From Myxococcales bacterium (GTDB lineage: Bacteria; Desulfobacterota; Binatia; HRBIN30), in the NCBI GenBank assembly GCA_037445065.1, contig JBBILD010000002.1, positions 184,074 through 248,073 on the forward strand: 64,000 nt of DNA. The letters are read 5' to 3'. Position numbers and translations under genes: made by a program. The notes beneath the pieces were generated by a model. The model did not search any database and was not told the origin of the DNA. It saw only the letters and a list, made by a program, of their open reading frames with translations. Below, in pieces: positions 27,457 to 37,342 of the stretch (position 1 is its first letter; the number at the start of each line of letters is the position of its first letter).

Positions 27457-28392
27457 TCACTCGGAAGCAGAGGTCTGCGTACGCGGTGTTCCGAAGTGGC
27501 AGATGGCGCAAGCTTCTTGCCGATACCCGATGATCGGCGGATCGTTACGCGGGTCGCCGTCTCTGTACAGCTCAACGCGGGTCGGCAATGTTCGCAGCCG
27601 CTCGTCAATCAAGTCGCGAAAGCGCCACGGTTCGTCGCTAAATGGAGTTTTCGCCAAGCGGTAAAAACCGGCGGCTCGTTCCGTGTCTCCCGCCTTCGCG
27701 AATAGGTCACCGAAGAGGACCAATGATCCCTCGATGTTGTGGGGGGCTTTGCCTGCGTTACCGCAGATTTCGGGCTGCGAAAACGGCGAGCAAGCAGCAT
27801 TGAGCGGGTCGCCGACGTATTCGAGCACCTCCAGATAGAGCGGGTCGTCCGCGGAAACGGTGGGCGCCACCACACCGATAAAGCTGAAGCTATTGAACTC
27901 GGGGTACAACTGGATGGATTCGCGCAGTTGCCGCAAGCCGAGCTCGCGCAGTCCTTCCTCCTGAAACACAACGCCGCGCATGTATGTAGCGGCACCACGG
28001 AACCCCGGGACACGCCGATCCTCAGGGAGTAACGGTACGGCGCGCTCGAGGGCTTCGTGGGCGCGGAGGATCTCGGCTTTGTCGGCCGGCGAAGGGTCAA
28101 AGAAGTCCTCGATTTGCTGAGAGAAGCGGAACAGGTGCATCATCCCGAGCAAAAAGAAGGAGCGCCCATCTGTGGGGTCCAGACGCGTCGCGAGGCGCAA
28201 CTGCTCGATTGCTTCGGCACTCCTGTCTTCGCGGCCAAAGAGGGTGTCCCAAAACGCGGCCTGTCCCGCAGTGGCAAATTCACGAGCGTTCCCTCGTTCG
28301 CCGTCATCGCCACATGCAGCGAGACCGAGCGCGAGAGCACAAACTACAGATCGAAGCGTTTTACCCACAATCCTCCCCGTGATCATGACCAT
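27457..28392 (-). CDS. Hypothetical helical lipoprotein with C-terminal CxxCH motif
   Basis: Lipobox LAAC-GDD, TPR-like helices, C-terminal CAICH. Confidence 0.8.
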   Translation of the reverse strand: MVMITGRIVGKTLRSVVCALALGLAACGDDGERGNAREFATAGQAAFWDTLFGREDRSAEAIEQLRLATRLDPTDGRSFFLLGMMHLFRFSQQIEDFFDPSPADKAEILRAHEALERAVPLLPEDRRVPGFRGAATYMRGVVFQEEGLRELGLRQLRESIQLYPEFNSFSFIGVVAPTVSADDPLYLEVLEYVGDPLNAACSPFSQPEICGNAGKAPHNIEGSLVLFGDLFAKAGDTERAAGFYRLAKTPFSDEPWRFRDLIDERLRTLPTRVELYRDGDPRNDPPIIGYRQEACAICHFGTPRTQTSASE

Positions 28393-28435
28393 AAGACGCT
28401 AAGGGAAGTGCTTGCTCGAAGCAAGGAAAAAGTCG

Positions 28436-28960
28436 GAGGTCATGCCAATACGTGTGTAGACGAGATCAGGCGGCGAGGCTTCCTCTGACATCGTTTGCCT
28501 TTTTCACAGCAACTGCACCGACGAACTGCTTTCCCTCCCAGACTTCCTGCAGCAATCTGGGGCGTTCAGACGCCGGAACTTCTTCTCCGCCATCATCAGG
28601 GTCTTCCAGATCAACACCATCGCACTCGCCGCCTTCGTGAATCGTTTGGCCGCCGCGGTGCGCAGGCGCGAAGCGGCGAAAGGGGACTCCACCAGGTTGG
28701 TAGTACGCAGGTCGCGCCAGTGGTCGTTCAGGAAGCCGTAGAACGCCACCAACCGCTCCCAGTCTGGACACAAGGTCTCGGCCGCCATCGGGTCGGCGTT
28801 GCCGTACCGCGCCACGAACTGACCCTGCCGCCGCTCCCACTCAGGGCCCGTTTCCGCGGAGGCGATCAGCCTGAGCAGCTCCCAGGCCTCGGCCCACAGC
28901 TCCTTCGGGAGCTGATCGGTGACCTTGATGTTCCGACGGAACTTGCGCGCATATACGCAT
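28436..28960 (-). mobile_element. IS256-family insertion sequence remnant (3' part of transposase plus one terminal inverted repeat)
   Basis: LRTTNLVESPFAASRLRTAAAKRF...LIWKTLMMAEKKFRRLNAP is a typical IS256 C-terminus. It shifts frame to LLQEVWEGKQF...AA* (stop at 28466). Candidate end GAGGTCATGCCAATACGTGTGTAGAC at 28436-28461. The N-terminal region is missing. Confidence 0.8.
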
Positions 28961-28981
28961 GGAGGATGCTGCGCTGAAGCC

Positions 28982-31900
28982 TCAACTCCAGCTGCCACTC
29001 GGCGCGTTGTTCTTGGCAGCCACAAATTTGGAGATTGTGACGTTCTGGCGCGCTTCAGCCGCTAGCTGCGCACAGGGCACCGCGTCTGCGTGGCCGAGGG
29101 CGATGTTCATCATCATGACGAGCGCGTCAACCGTTATCACGGCGTCGCCGTTGCAGTCGCCCAGGCAGGTGGCCGGCCTCGCTCTATGCAACACTGGAGT
29201 GGGCGGCAGGGGCTACGTTGGCAGCGGGGTCGGACCACGGAGTGGGGACTCCGCGCACGTCGTGAGGCAACAGGCTCGGAAGAACTCGGTCGGGGTTGCG
29301 GTTGGACCCCTCCAGGCGTGGGCGAACTCGGCGGGGAAGCCGGTCCGACGAACCGACCGACCGCGTGCTGGATTCCCCGAGGGCCGTGCCGGCGGGGCTG
29401 AATCCCCGGGCAAAGACGTTCCAGTTCTTGCCCCGGCATCGTTGACTGTGCCGGTCCACGTGAGACGAAGTTGTCGTCGGAATCGGTGGCCAGGCCGACG
29501 CGGGCCTGACGTTGGGCCCCAGCGGCAGGCCCGGGGAAGCACTGACCAGTACCTGGTTCTCGATGGGTGAGAGCGTGGCGTTGTTCCAGAACATGCGGCG
29601 GTAGATCCCGTCGGGCTGCGTGCCGTCGCACTGACGTTCCAACCACGGGGCGATCACGGTGCAGGCGTCGCAAGTCCGCCCACCCGGACAGTCGGCGCTG
29701 GTCGTGCACGTCCGGTTGGCGACGCTACACCAGCGCGCGTTGCTGGTCGCCAGCGCCACTTCGTGGCCTTCGGTCGGCGGGCTGGTCAGGGTGTTCACCT
29801 GGATCGTCGCAATCGTCGTACCCGTTGGGTCGGACTTCCGAAGCATGATACTGCCGTTGCTGCGCGTGTCGAACTGCTCCCGGGCGACGAAGCCGTTGCT
29901 GCTGGCGTCCGACGCAACGGTGGGAGTGGTCGCATCGGCAGTTGATGCGTTGAGCTTGCACTGAACACCGCCCGCGCAGCAGTCCGTCCCGATGGGTGAT
30001 CCGGACGAGTTGTAGAATCGGGCGAGGATGTCGTAGAGCGTGCTGCCGGCGGTGCGTTCCGCCTGCCACGCGACGGCGAAGCCGAGATTCTGCTGCCAGG
30101 TGATCTCTGGGTATGTGGCGTTGATGTTCGTCGCGTGCGTGTCGGCGCGCTGGTCGGGCCAGGGCATGTAGCCGTCGCTCCCGACGTACTTGAAGTAGAC
30201 CCGCTGGTTGACGGTCGGGTTGAGGCGCTCATCGTGCCAAGCAACTAGGCTGTCGTAGTAGGCGAGGTTGGCCTGCGTGGGGTGCCCCGCGAGCGCGACA
30301 TCCTGGGCCACGGGAATGCTCCCGCCGTTCACCTTCAGATCCGTCGCCACCGGCTGCCCGCTCACGTCATACTTGTAGGCGCGGTGGTAGAGGTGCCAGT
30401 TGTGCGCCCCCACGCGGTCGTCGATCCACGCGAGAACGTAGTTTTGCCCAGTGTTGTCGCTCGTGATGGGCCGCGTTGTGCAAGGTCCCGTCACGCCGCT
30501 CACTGTGTTCCCCTTGTGGTCGGAATTCGCGGCCGTCACGACGGTGGCTCCCAGGCGCTCCGGCCGTAGCTCCACGCTCGCCATAGACCGACGTCGGCGT
30601 GAGAAGCGATCAATCGAGTGTCTGCCACCACAGGGAGCCGGTTGGTGAAGGCCCCCACCTCCACGATGAGCCGTTATCGGTCCCCTGGTAGATGCCCATC
30701 GCCGCGGCCAAATCGAGTGTGGTCGTACGGGTGGGGTGAGGGGCCGTGGAGTAGGCGGGAACGTTCGGGCGGTTATAGCTGATGTTCTGCCAGGTCTGAC
30801 CAGCGTCGGTGCTGCGGAAGACGTGACCCGGCATAGCGCCGTTGAACCCGTCGGTGCTTACGTAGCGCGTGCACGCCGACGGTGTGCAGGTCGCACCGGG
30901 TAGATAGGCGAAGCGCGTGATGTTCCGGGCGGTCGGCAGCCCACCGATACTCTGGGTCTAGGTGCTCGCCGTCGTCGTTCGTCACACCCCGCTCTGGCAG
31001 CCGGCGGCGAAGGCGAGCGTCGAGGGAGGGCTTGCCGAGGGAGCGACCGCGACGGTGATGAACGTCGGGAGCAAGGCGTTCGACCTGATGGACTGCCAGC
31101 AGGCGTCGCTCGGGTTGGTGGTCGTGGCATTGGTGGTGCGGTACACCTTGTGCGTACTGTCGGAGTAGGCAATCAGCACGTTGTTGCTCCCAGGGGCCAT
31201 GGCGACTGGGAACCTCGCTTACGGCAGGTGCAGTGGGAAGACGCGAGCGGCGTTGAAGTTGTGCGCGATCGAGTAAAAGCGGCCACTGCCGTCCGTGCTG
31301 CGCATGAGAGCCTCGCCGCGCAAATCGTCAGTGTAGATCACGTTCTAGTTCTTGGGGTCGAGGAAGCGACCCGAAGCCGTCGCCGCCGTACAGCTGGTGC
31401 CAGACAGTAGTGTTCCCGCCCTTGGTCTTGCCGTTGTCCTGCATGCCGCCGACCGGCTCGCTGTGGTTCGAGGGCGCAAGCGCGCCGCGGTGGTAGAGCC
31501 TGTTCGCCATGTCCCCATTCATGTTCTCGAACGACGGCGTGACGTTCTAGTTAACGAAGTTCGGGCTCTCCCAGACGCTGCCGTCCGTGCCGATGAATAA
31601 GGCGAGCCCATTGGAGGCGAACGTGACGTCGTTTGTGTCTCCGTGGAAGCCGTTCACGCCGCGTCCGTACCGCATGGAATTCCCCCCGACGCAAATCTGC
31701 CCACTCGGGCAATCGCTGTACTGCGTGCAAGGCTGGTTGTTCACGCTGCACCCGCCGCCACCAGTGGTCGAGCGGTAGAGGAGCTCCAAGCCGAGCGCGA
31801 CGGGTTCTCGTCTGTAGGACTGATGGCAAGGCTCCGCGAGAAGATCCGGCAGTCCGGTGCCGGTTGGCAGCAGCCGTTGGTACAAGCACAGTCCACTTTG

Positions 31901-33430
31901 CAACAGTCCGCCGCTGTCGTGCACTGCTTGTTCGAAGTCGTTCGCGCCCACCCGGTGAACGAGCTCCCGAACTTGAGCTTATAGAGCAGCTAGCCGCCGG
32001 ACTTGCTCGGACACGCGGCTGGGGCGGGATGGATGGGGCGCTGACAATCGCGTACAGCACATCTTGGTTGGCAGTGCTCGGGTGCGGGGTGAGGACCAGA
32101 ACTTCCAGCGGCCCGTCGTTCGGCAGCGTGAAGCTGCCGATGCCGTTGGTCCAGGTGCTGCTGTTCGTGGACCGGCATACGCCGTTGTTGCCGGCGGACT
32201 CCACGCCAGGCTGGCGTACAAGGTCGCGTTGCTTTGGGCGCCGACCCGCATACCCGTGACGATCTCTGGATTTCCATCGGGGCGCATTGGGAGGCCCGTC
32301 GAACTGTACGGGGAGTTGCTCAGCGGCGTCCGCGTGACCCCGTTGCAACTCGTTGCCGTTGAGTCGGTGGTGTAGAAGAGTCCGCGGTCGGTGGCGGCGT
32401 ACAGCTTGCGCAAGGAAATCGAAAACGAGCTTGTAGACCGCGACACTGCTCGTGTCGTTGGCAGATCCAGGCGGCCACGCGGGACCGATCTTTCACGAAG
32501 AACCCGCCGCGCCCGACTGGAGGGACCGGAAGACACCGGCGGGACGATCGATCCGCGTGATGAAACCTGTTCTGCTTCCCCGGAAGACGGCGCTCGTAAC
32601 CGTGGGTTGGATCAAGACCTTCCGGATGCGCGGCTCGGCTTGACCGTCGGTGACTGGCGTCCAGGGTTTACCACCATTCGTTGTCTTGAAGATTCCTCCC
32701 GAGGTACCGGCGAAGAGACCGTTCATGTTTGGGTCACCAGGAACGATGGCGATCTCGCGCCGGCCAATCCCGGGTTCGCGTTGGTGCCGGACAGCAATGG
32801 CGGCGGGCCAATTTGTATCCATTGGTAGGATTGCGCCCACGGTGCGCTCGAGCCAACGGCCTCCCACAGTGAGGCGAACCAGCGTTCGAGAAGGCAGAGC
32901 CACGAGCCGGGTTCCTCAAGTGTCTCGTTAGACGGCGGCTCGGCGGCAGGCATCTTCTGGATCTACTCTCACGCCTTCTGCCATGCCCCTCCCGGCACGT
33001 TGCCGCGCCGCTCGTTCTCCAGGTCTTGGATGATGTCGAGGAGAACGTGTTCCGCGCGCTTGAGACGGCCGGTACAACGATCGAGCCGAGGGGCGGTGTT
33101 GTCGAGATGCGCTGACGAAGCGTGGGCGGCCACCTCCGATTCGGCAGGAGACTCGCTGACCTCCGATGTGTCGGGTGGATGCTCCGCCGGTTGCGACGGC
33201 GTTGATTCCACGCCATCGAGTGGTGCGGGCGGCAGCGGAGGCAAGTGGCCAAAGTACAACTCCTCTGAGTCCGGGGCCGCGGATGTCCAAGGATCACGGA
33301 TGTCGCCGTCCACTTGAAGCAACTCGTCTTCGCTCTCCTGCGCGAAACCGGTCGGCGGTCCGGCTGAAGAATTCCCAGCGGTGGCGAATGAGAGCAACGC
33401 AAATGCGAAGAGTCCGCCATGGTCCTTCAT
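28982..33430 (-). pseudogene. Decayed large secreted BNR/VPS10-like beta-propeller protein with Cys-rich inserts and C-terminal dockerin-like tag
   Basis: Signal peptide MKDHGGLFAFALLSFATAG. Asp-box-like segments (GGIFKTTNGGKPW, GVCRSTNSSTW, GHVFRSTDAGQTWQNIS, GGMQDNG, GGDGF) are spread over more than 8 short ORFs in different frames. In-frame stops at Trp-like positions (30982-30984, 30958-30960). Terminal CLGDCNGD...NIALG. Confidence 0.78.
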
Positions 33431-33742
33431 CGCTGTTCCCTTTCCCACGCCCACGACGCACGTTATCGAGGATACACAGAGACCGACGGCAGACCTCTCG
33501 ACTGACGCTCATCATTGACGACTGTCGTCATCCTATTCTTGGAAGAGAACTCGCGGCCCGGTCAGATTCTTGCCCCTTCTCCTCCCTGCGTCTCGACCGA
33601 CGCCGCTCCGCTCTGCTTTGTTCTTTCATGGTGGTGTCCTCCTGCGGGCTAGATTGTTCGGGCACCGTTTTGGTCAACGGGAAGGCCGACACCGCTTTCT
33701 CTCCGTTTACAGAGCAGTTGATCTTGCCTCCAAGTGGTCCTC

Positions 33743-34207
33743 TCAGCGACTCTTGATCAGGGCGGCGCACTCGGGCGAACCGAGTAAGCGCGTGACCCGC
33801 CGGGAGATGCGCCACTCCGCTCCTTGCCGGACCAACTCGAAGCGGTTGAGACTGAGCCGCCACAACACGATCTCCTCATTTTGAACCACGTAAAGGCGGC
33901 TGTAACCCCGGGCTGTGGCACGCTCCCCTTGGATGTCCACAGCTACTGGCCCGATGGTGTGCGCCGCCATCGGGTGGACTGCACCGTGCTCACCGGAGAA
34001 CACCGCTTCCACAATCGCTGCCCGCCCAACGATGCGCAGCGTGTCCAGCTCGTAGACGGCATCCTCCGCCAAGAGTTCGGAAAAGGCAGTGCGGTCGCCA
34101 GCATCCACTGCCAGACCGTACTCGACTAACAGGCGCTGAACCGCAAGCTCGTCCTCGACACGACGGAGCCGATTCGCAATTTCCTCGATCGTTTGCGGTG
34201 GACTCAT
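33743..34207 (-). CDS. SnoaL/NTF2-like protein
   Basis: RLRRVEDELAVQRLLVEYGLAVD, GRAAI, WRISRR. Confidence 0.88.
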   Translation of the reverse strand: MSPPQTIEEIANRLRRVEDELAVQRLLVEYGLAVDAGDRTAFSELLAEDAVYELDTLRIVGRAAIVEAVFSGEHGAVHPMAAHTIGPVAVDIQGERATARGYSRLYVVQNEEIVLWRLSLNRFELVRQGAEWRISRRVTRLLGSPECAALIKSR

Positions 34208-34216
34208 GCGGACTCC

Positions 34217-34708
34217 TCACAGGTCTTGGGTCTCATCACGCAACGGTCGCCACAAGGGCAACACAACCTCACTTGTGAGCCTCTTGAACACGACCTCGAC
34301 ACGCATACCGAACCGCACGGTTTCTGCTGGGCAGTCGACCAGGTAGCTGACCAGGCGCGGCCCCTCGTCGGTTTCCACAATGGCTAAGATCAAGGGCAAG
34401 AGGTGCTGGAATGCGGGCAAAAACGGCTCGTGCGCGACGACAAAGCTAAACACCCGGCCCAGGCCAGTGGCCTCGAACCATTCCAGTTCTCCCCCGGCCC
34501 AGTAATGCGGTTTTGGTGGCCAATGCACGATACCCGCACACCGGTCCCGCTGGAACACAAGCTTGCCCTCACGGGCCGCCGACCAAAACGGTCGCATGAC
34601 CGGATCGTCGAGGTCCGGGAGCGGGTAGTCGGGATGCAAAGCGCCTTCCGCATTTACCCAGCGTGTTCCTCTTGCGAAGCCCATGCTCGGGATCACCTCC
34701 TCTTTCAC
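34217..34708 (-). CDS. DUF35 OB-fold protein (degenerate Zn ribbon)
   Basis: PFWSAAREGKL..QR, G.GRVFSF, AIVETDEGPRLVS, GMRVEVVF. Alternative ATG at 34684. Confidence 0.9.
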   Translation of the reverse strand: MKEEVIPSMGFARGTRWVNAEGALHPDYPLPDLDDPVMRPFWSAAREGKLVFQRDRCAGIVHWPPKPHYWAGGELEWFEATGLGRVFSFVVAHEPFLPAFQHLLPLILAIVETDEGPRLVSYLVDCPAETVRFGMRVEVVFKRLTSEVVLPLWRPLRDETQDL

Positions 34709-35883
34709 GGTGCGCGCAAAATCATCGCGCTGGTTGCGACGGGAGAAGCTCCAGTTACCAGGACCGCTTGGCAGTTCGGTACTTGATTCCAGGCTGTTCC
34801 CCGAATTTGGCGGACCCCTTCTAAAATCAGATTAAAGCCGTGCACGTATGCTTCCGATAGGCCTCCGCCCGAAGTTAAGACCGGCAGCTCGCCTCCGATT
34901 TCGATCCGTCCGTTTTCCGTGAACGGCCCGCCCTCGCCTTTTTTGCAAAAACCGTAGTCCTCGAGACCCATGATCACGAGTGGCGTGAAGGCATCGTAAA
35001 TCTGCGCGCAGTCAATATCTGCCGGTTTCAGGAGCGAGCGCTGCCAGAGAAGCCGGGCACAAAACGCGGCCGTCATCTCCGCATCTGGCGTGTTGTTGAA
35101 ATTCACCAGGTGCACCGGGTTGGGCCCCGAAGCTTGGGCGACGCTGTGCACCAGCACGGCTCGCTGGCGCAAGTCTCTGGCTCGCTCCGCTGAGGTAACG
35201 ACGCAGGCGAGCGCACCATCGGTCTCCAAACAGCAGTCGTACAAGGTGAGGGGGTAGCTGATGACGCGTCCCCCAAGGTACGTCTCCATGTCGAGCGGCC
35301 GGCCACGCATCATCGCGTAAGGGTTTTGTTGTGCGTGTTTCCGTGCCGCAATGGCCACGTTTCCGAAATGCTCGCGCTTCGTCCCGTAGACGTGCATGTG
35401 CCGGTGAGCATACAAGCCGACGATGTCTACCGGACGGATGAGGCCCCACGGCAGATAGAGGGACTTATCTCCTTGCGCGATTCCACGCTCTTGTGCCCAG
35501 GGGCGCGAGCTTTTTGCCCCCCGGTTCCGCGCTCGGTGGCAGACGACGACCGACGCCAACCCGCAGGCGATGGCCGCGGCCGCGTGCATAATCGTTGCCG
35601 CACCTGCCCCGCCTCCGTAGGCCACCTTGTCCCACCAGCGGAGATCCCGCACACCGAGGCGGCGCGCAATCGTGACTTCTTGCGTCGCTTCCATTTCGTA
35701 CATGCTGAGGCCGTCCACATCTTCGGCAGTGAGACCGGCGTCTGCGAGGGCGAGCTGGATTGCCTCGATGGCTGTGTCGGCAATTGGGCGCCCGATGTTC
35801 TTGGCGAACGGCAGGTGGCCGATTCCGACGATTGCCACGCGATCGCGAATCCGCTCGAACAGGTCGCGATCGAGTCCGTCCAT
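34705..35883 (-). CDS. Thiolase-fold lipid-transfer/aldolase protein (Ltp2-like)
   Basis: AIVGIG, DCCLETDGA.A, YDAFTP, SGGGLSEAYVHGFN, EGVRQIRG. Confidence 0.9.
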   Translation of the reverse strand: MDGLDRDLFERIRDRVAIVGIGHLPFAKNIGRPIADTAIEAIQLALADAGLTAEDVDGLSMYEMEATQEVTIARRLGVRDLRWWDKVAYGGGAGAATIMHAAAAIACGLASVVVCHRARNRGAKSSRPWAQERGIAQGDKSLYLPWGLIRPVDIVGLYAHRHMHVYGTKREHFGNVAIAARKHAQQNPYAMMRGRPLDMETYLGGRVISYPLTLYDCCLETDGALACVVTSAERARDLRQRAVLVHSVAQASGPNPVHLVNFNNTPDAEMTAAFCARLLWQRSLLKPADIDCAQIYDAFTPLVIMGLEDYGFCKKGEGGPFTENGRIEIGGELPVLTSGGGLSEAYVHGFNLILEGVRQIRGTAWNQVPNCQAVLVTGASPVATSAMILRAP

Positions 35884-35962
35884 GGCGAATCTCCCCGAAC
35901 TTCTTTCGCTCCGCTACCGCTTTCTCCCGAACCCCATGTTCCGGGGGCTGTGTGCTTGCGGT

Positions 35963-36769
35963 TCAGGGATCGGAGAATTCTGGGGTGCGCTTCTCCAAGT
36001 TGGCCCGGACTGCCTCCATTTGGTTGGCGGAGCCAATCAGGCGCAACTGCGTTTCTTCCTCCAGGCGGAGCCCAGTAGCTGTGTCCACCTGAACGGCGCG
36101 GTTCCAGAGTTGCTTTGCGGCACGCACTGCATCCGGTGACTTTTGCGCGATTTCCTCGGCTAGCTCAAAGGCGTGCTTCAAAGGATCCGGTGCACAACGA
36201 GTCACCAGTCCCAACGCGCATGCTTCCTCCCCGGAAACAATGCGGCCAGTGAAGGTCAGTTCCTTGGCCACGTCCAGGCGCAGCAGGTGCCGTAATGTTT
36301 GCGTGCCGCTCATGTCAGGGATGAGTCCCCAACGGATCTCCATGATCGAAAGGCGCGCATCCGGAGCCGCAATGCGCAGGTCCGCCCCGAGCGCGATTTG
36401 CAGTCCGCCGCCAAAGGCAACCCCGTGGATGGCGGCGATCACCGGCACTGGCACTTCTTGCCACACGAGGGCAACGCGTTGTGCGAGGTTCCCAAGCTTT
36501 CCCTCGCGGCGCTCGAGCAGGTTCGGCCGATGCGGGGACTCTTGAGCCATCTGCATGAAGGCGGCAAAGTCCAGTCCAGCGCAAAAAGCCCGCCCGGACC
36601 CAGACAAAACCACGGCGCGGGTGCCGGCTGGATCAGCGGCAAGAGCTTCGCCTGCCGCCAGCAGCGCTTCGAACATGGCGCCATCGAGTGCATTGAGCTT
36701 TTCAGGGCGGTGCAACTCCACATGAACCACCTTGCCTTTGCGCGACACTTGCACTCGTTGTTCCGCCAT
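35963..36769 (-). CDS. Enoyl-CoA hydratase/isomerase (crotonase) family
   Basis: RPEKLNALD, AFCAGLD, PVIAAIHGVAFGGGLQIALGAD, MEIRWGLIPD. ATG at 36769 follows AGGAG. Confidence 0.93.
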   Translation of the reverse strand: MAEQRVQVSRKGKVVHVELHRPEKLNALDGAMFEALLAAGEALAADPAGTRAVVLSGSGRAFCAGLDFAAFMQMAQESPHRPNLLERREGKLGNLAQRVALVWQEVPVPVIAAIHGVAFGGGLQIALGADLRIAAPDARLSIMEIRWGLIPDMSGTQTLRHLLRLDVAKELTFTGRIVSGEEACALGLVTRCAPDPLKHAFELAEEIAQKSPDAVRAAKQLWNRAVQVDTATGLRLEEETQLRLIGSANQMEAVRANLEKRTPEFSDP

Positions 36770-36898
36770 TTGTCTCTCCTTTCGTGTGGTGCAGCAATGA
36801 ACCATTCTCGCAGGTGACACAAGCCCAGCGACCCGAGCTGCGCGCGTGCAGGCACCCTGCTTGACGAACAAGTGTTCACTGCAGTACGGAACGGCCTC

Positions 36899-37342
36899 AT
36901 GTCGGAAATTCGCAAGACCCGTATTCCGGTGAAGCCAGGCTATTTCACTGTGCCCGAAGATCCGAACGAGCCACCCAAACTACTCGGCAGCCGCTGTAAC
37001 CGTTGCGGCGAGGCGTACTTTCCGCGCCGAGCAATCTGTGCGCGTGCCGAGTGTTTGAGCGAGGATCTGGTGGACATCACGCTCGGCCCCGAAGGCACGC
37101 TGTATAGCTACACCTTCGTGCACATGCCTTTGTTCGGCTCGAGTAACCTGGAACACATGGATGGTTACGGGGTGGGTCAAATTGACCTTCCGGAAGGACC
37201 TCGCGTGCAGCTTCCGCTCGCCGGAAAACGGGAGGACTTCTTCATCGGGCAACGGCTCTTGGCAGAACTCGATAAGATGCGGGAGGAAGGGAACAACGAA
37301 GTTGTGATCGTGCGCTTCCGGCCGATCGAGGTGAAGGGATGA
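36899..37342 (+). CDS. Zn-ribbon DUF35 OB-fold protein
   Basis: LLGSRCNRCGEAYFPRRAICARAEC, GTLYSYT, DLPEGPRV. Confidence 0.9.
   Translation: MSEIRKTRIPVKPGYFTVPEDPNEPPKLLGSRCNRCGEAYFPRRAICARAECLSEDLVDITLGPEGTLYSYTFVHMPLFGSSNLEHMDGYGVGQIDLPEGPRVQLPLAGKREDFFIGQRLLAELDKMREEGNNEVVIVRFRPIEVKG

Noticed and set aside
27212..27664. 150-aa plus-strand ORF after the MerR-TPR gene
   Set aside because: No motifs, no SD, and it overlaps the lipoprotein gene antisense.
28982..33454. Treating the many short ORFs here as separate small genes or as programmed frameshifting/recoding
   Set aside because: The fragments are co-linear pieces of one protein with mixed TGA/TAG stops and irregular frameshifts. Neighbouring genes use the standard code, so decay is the simpler explanation.
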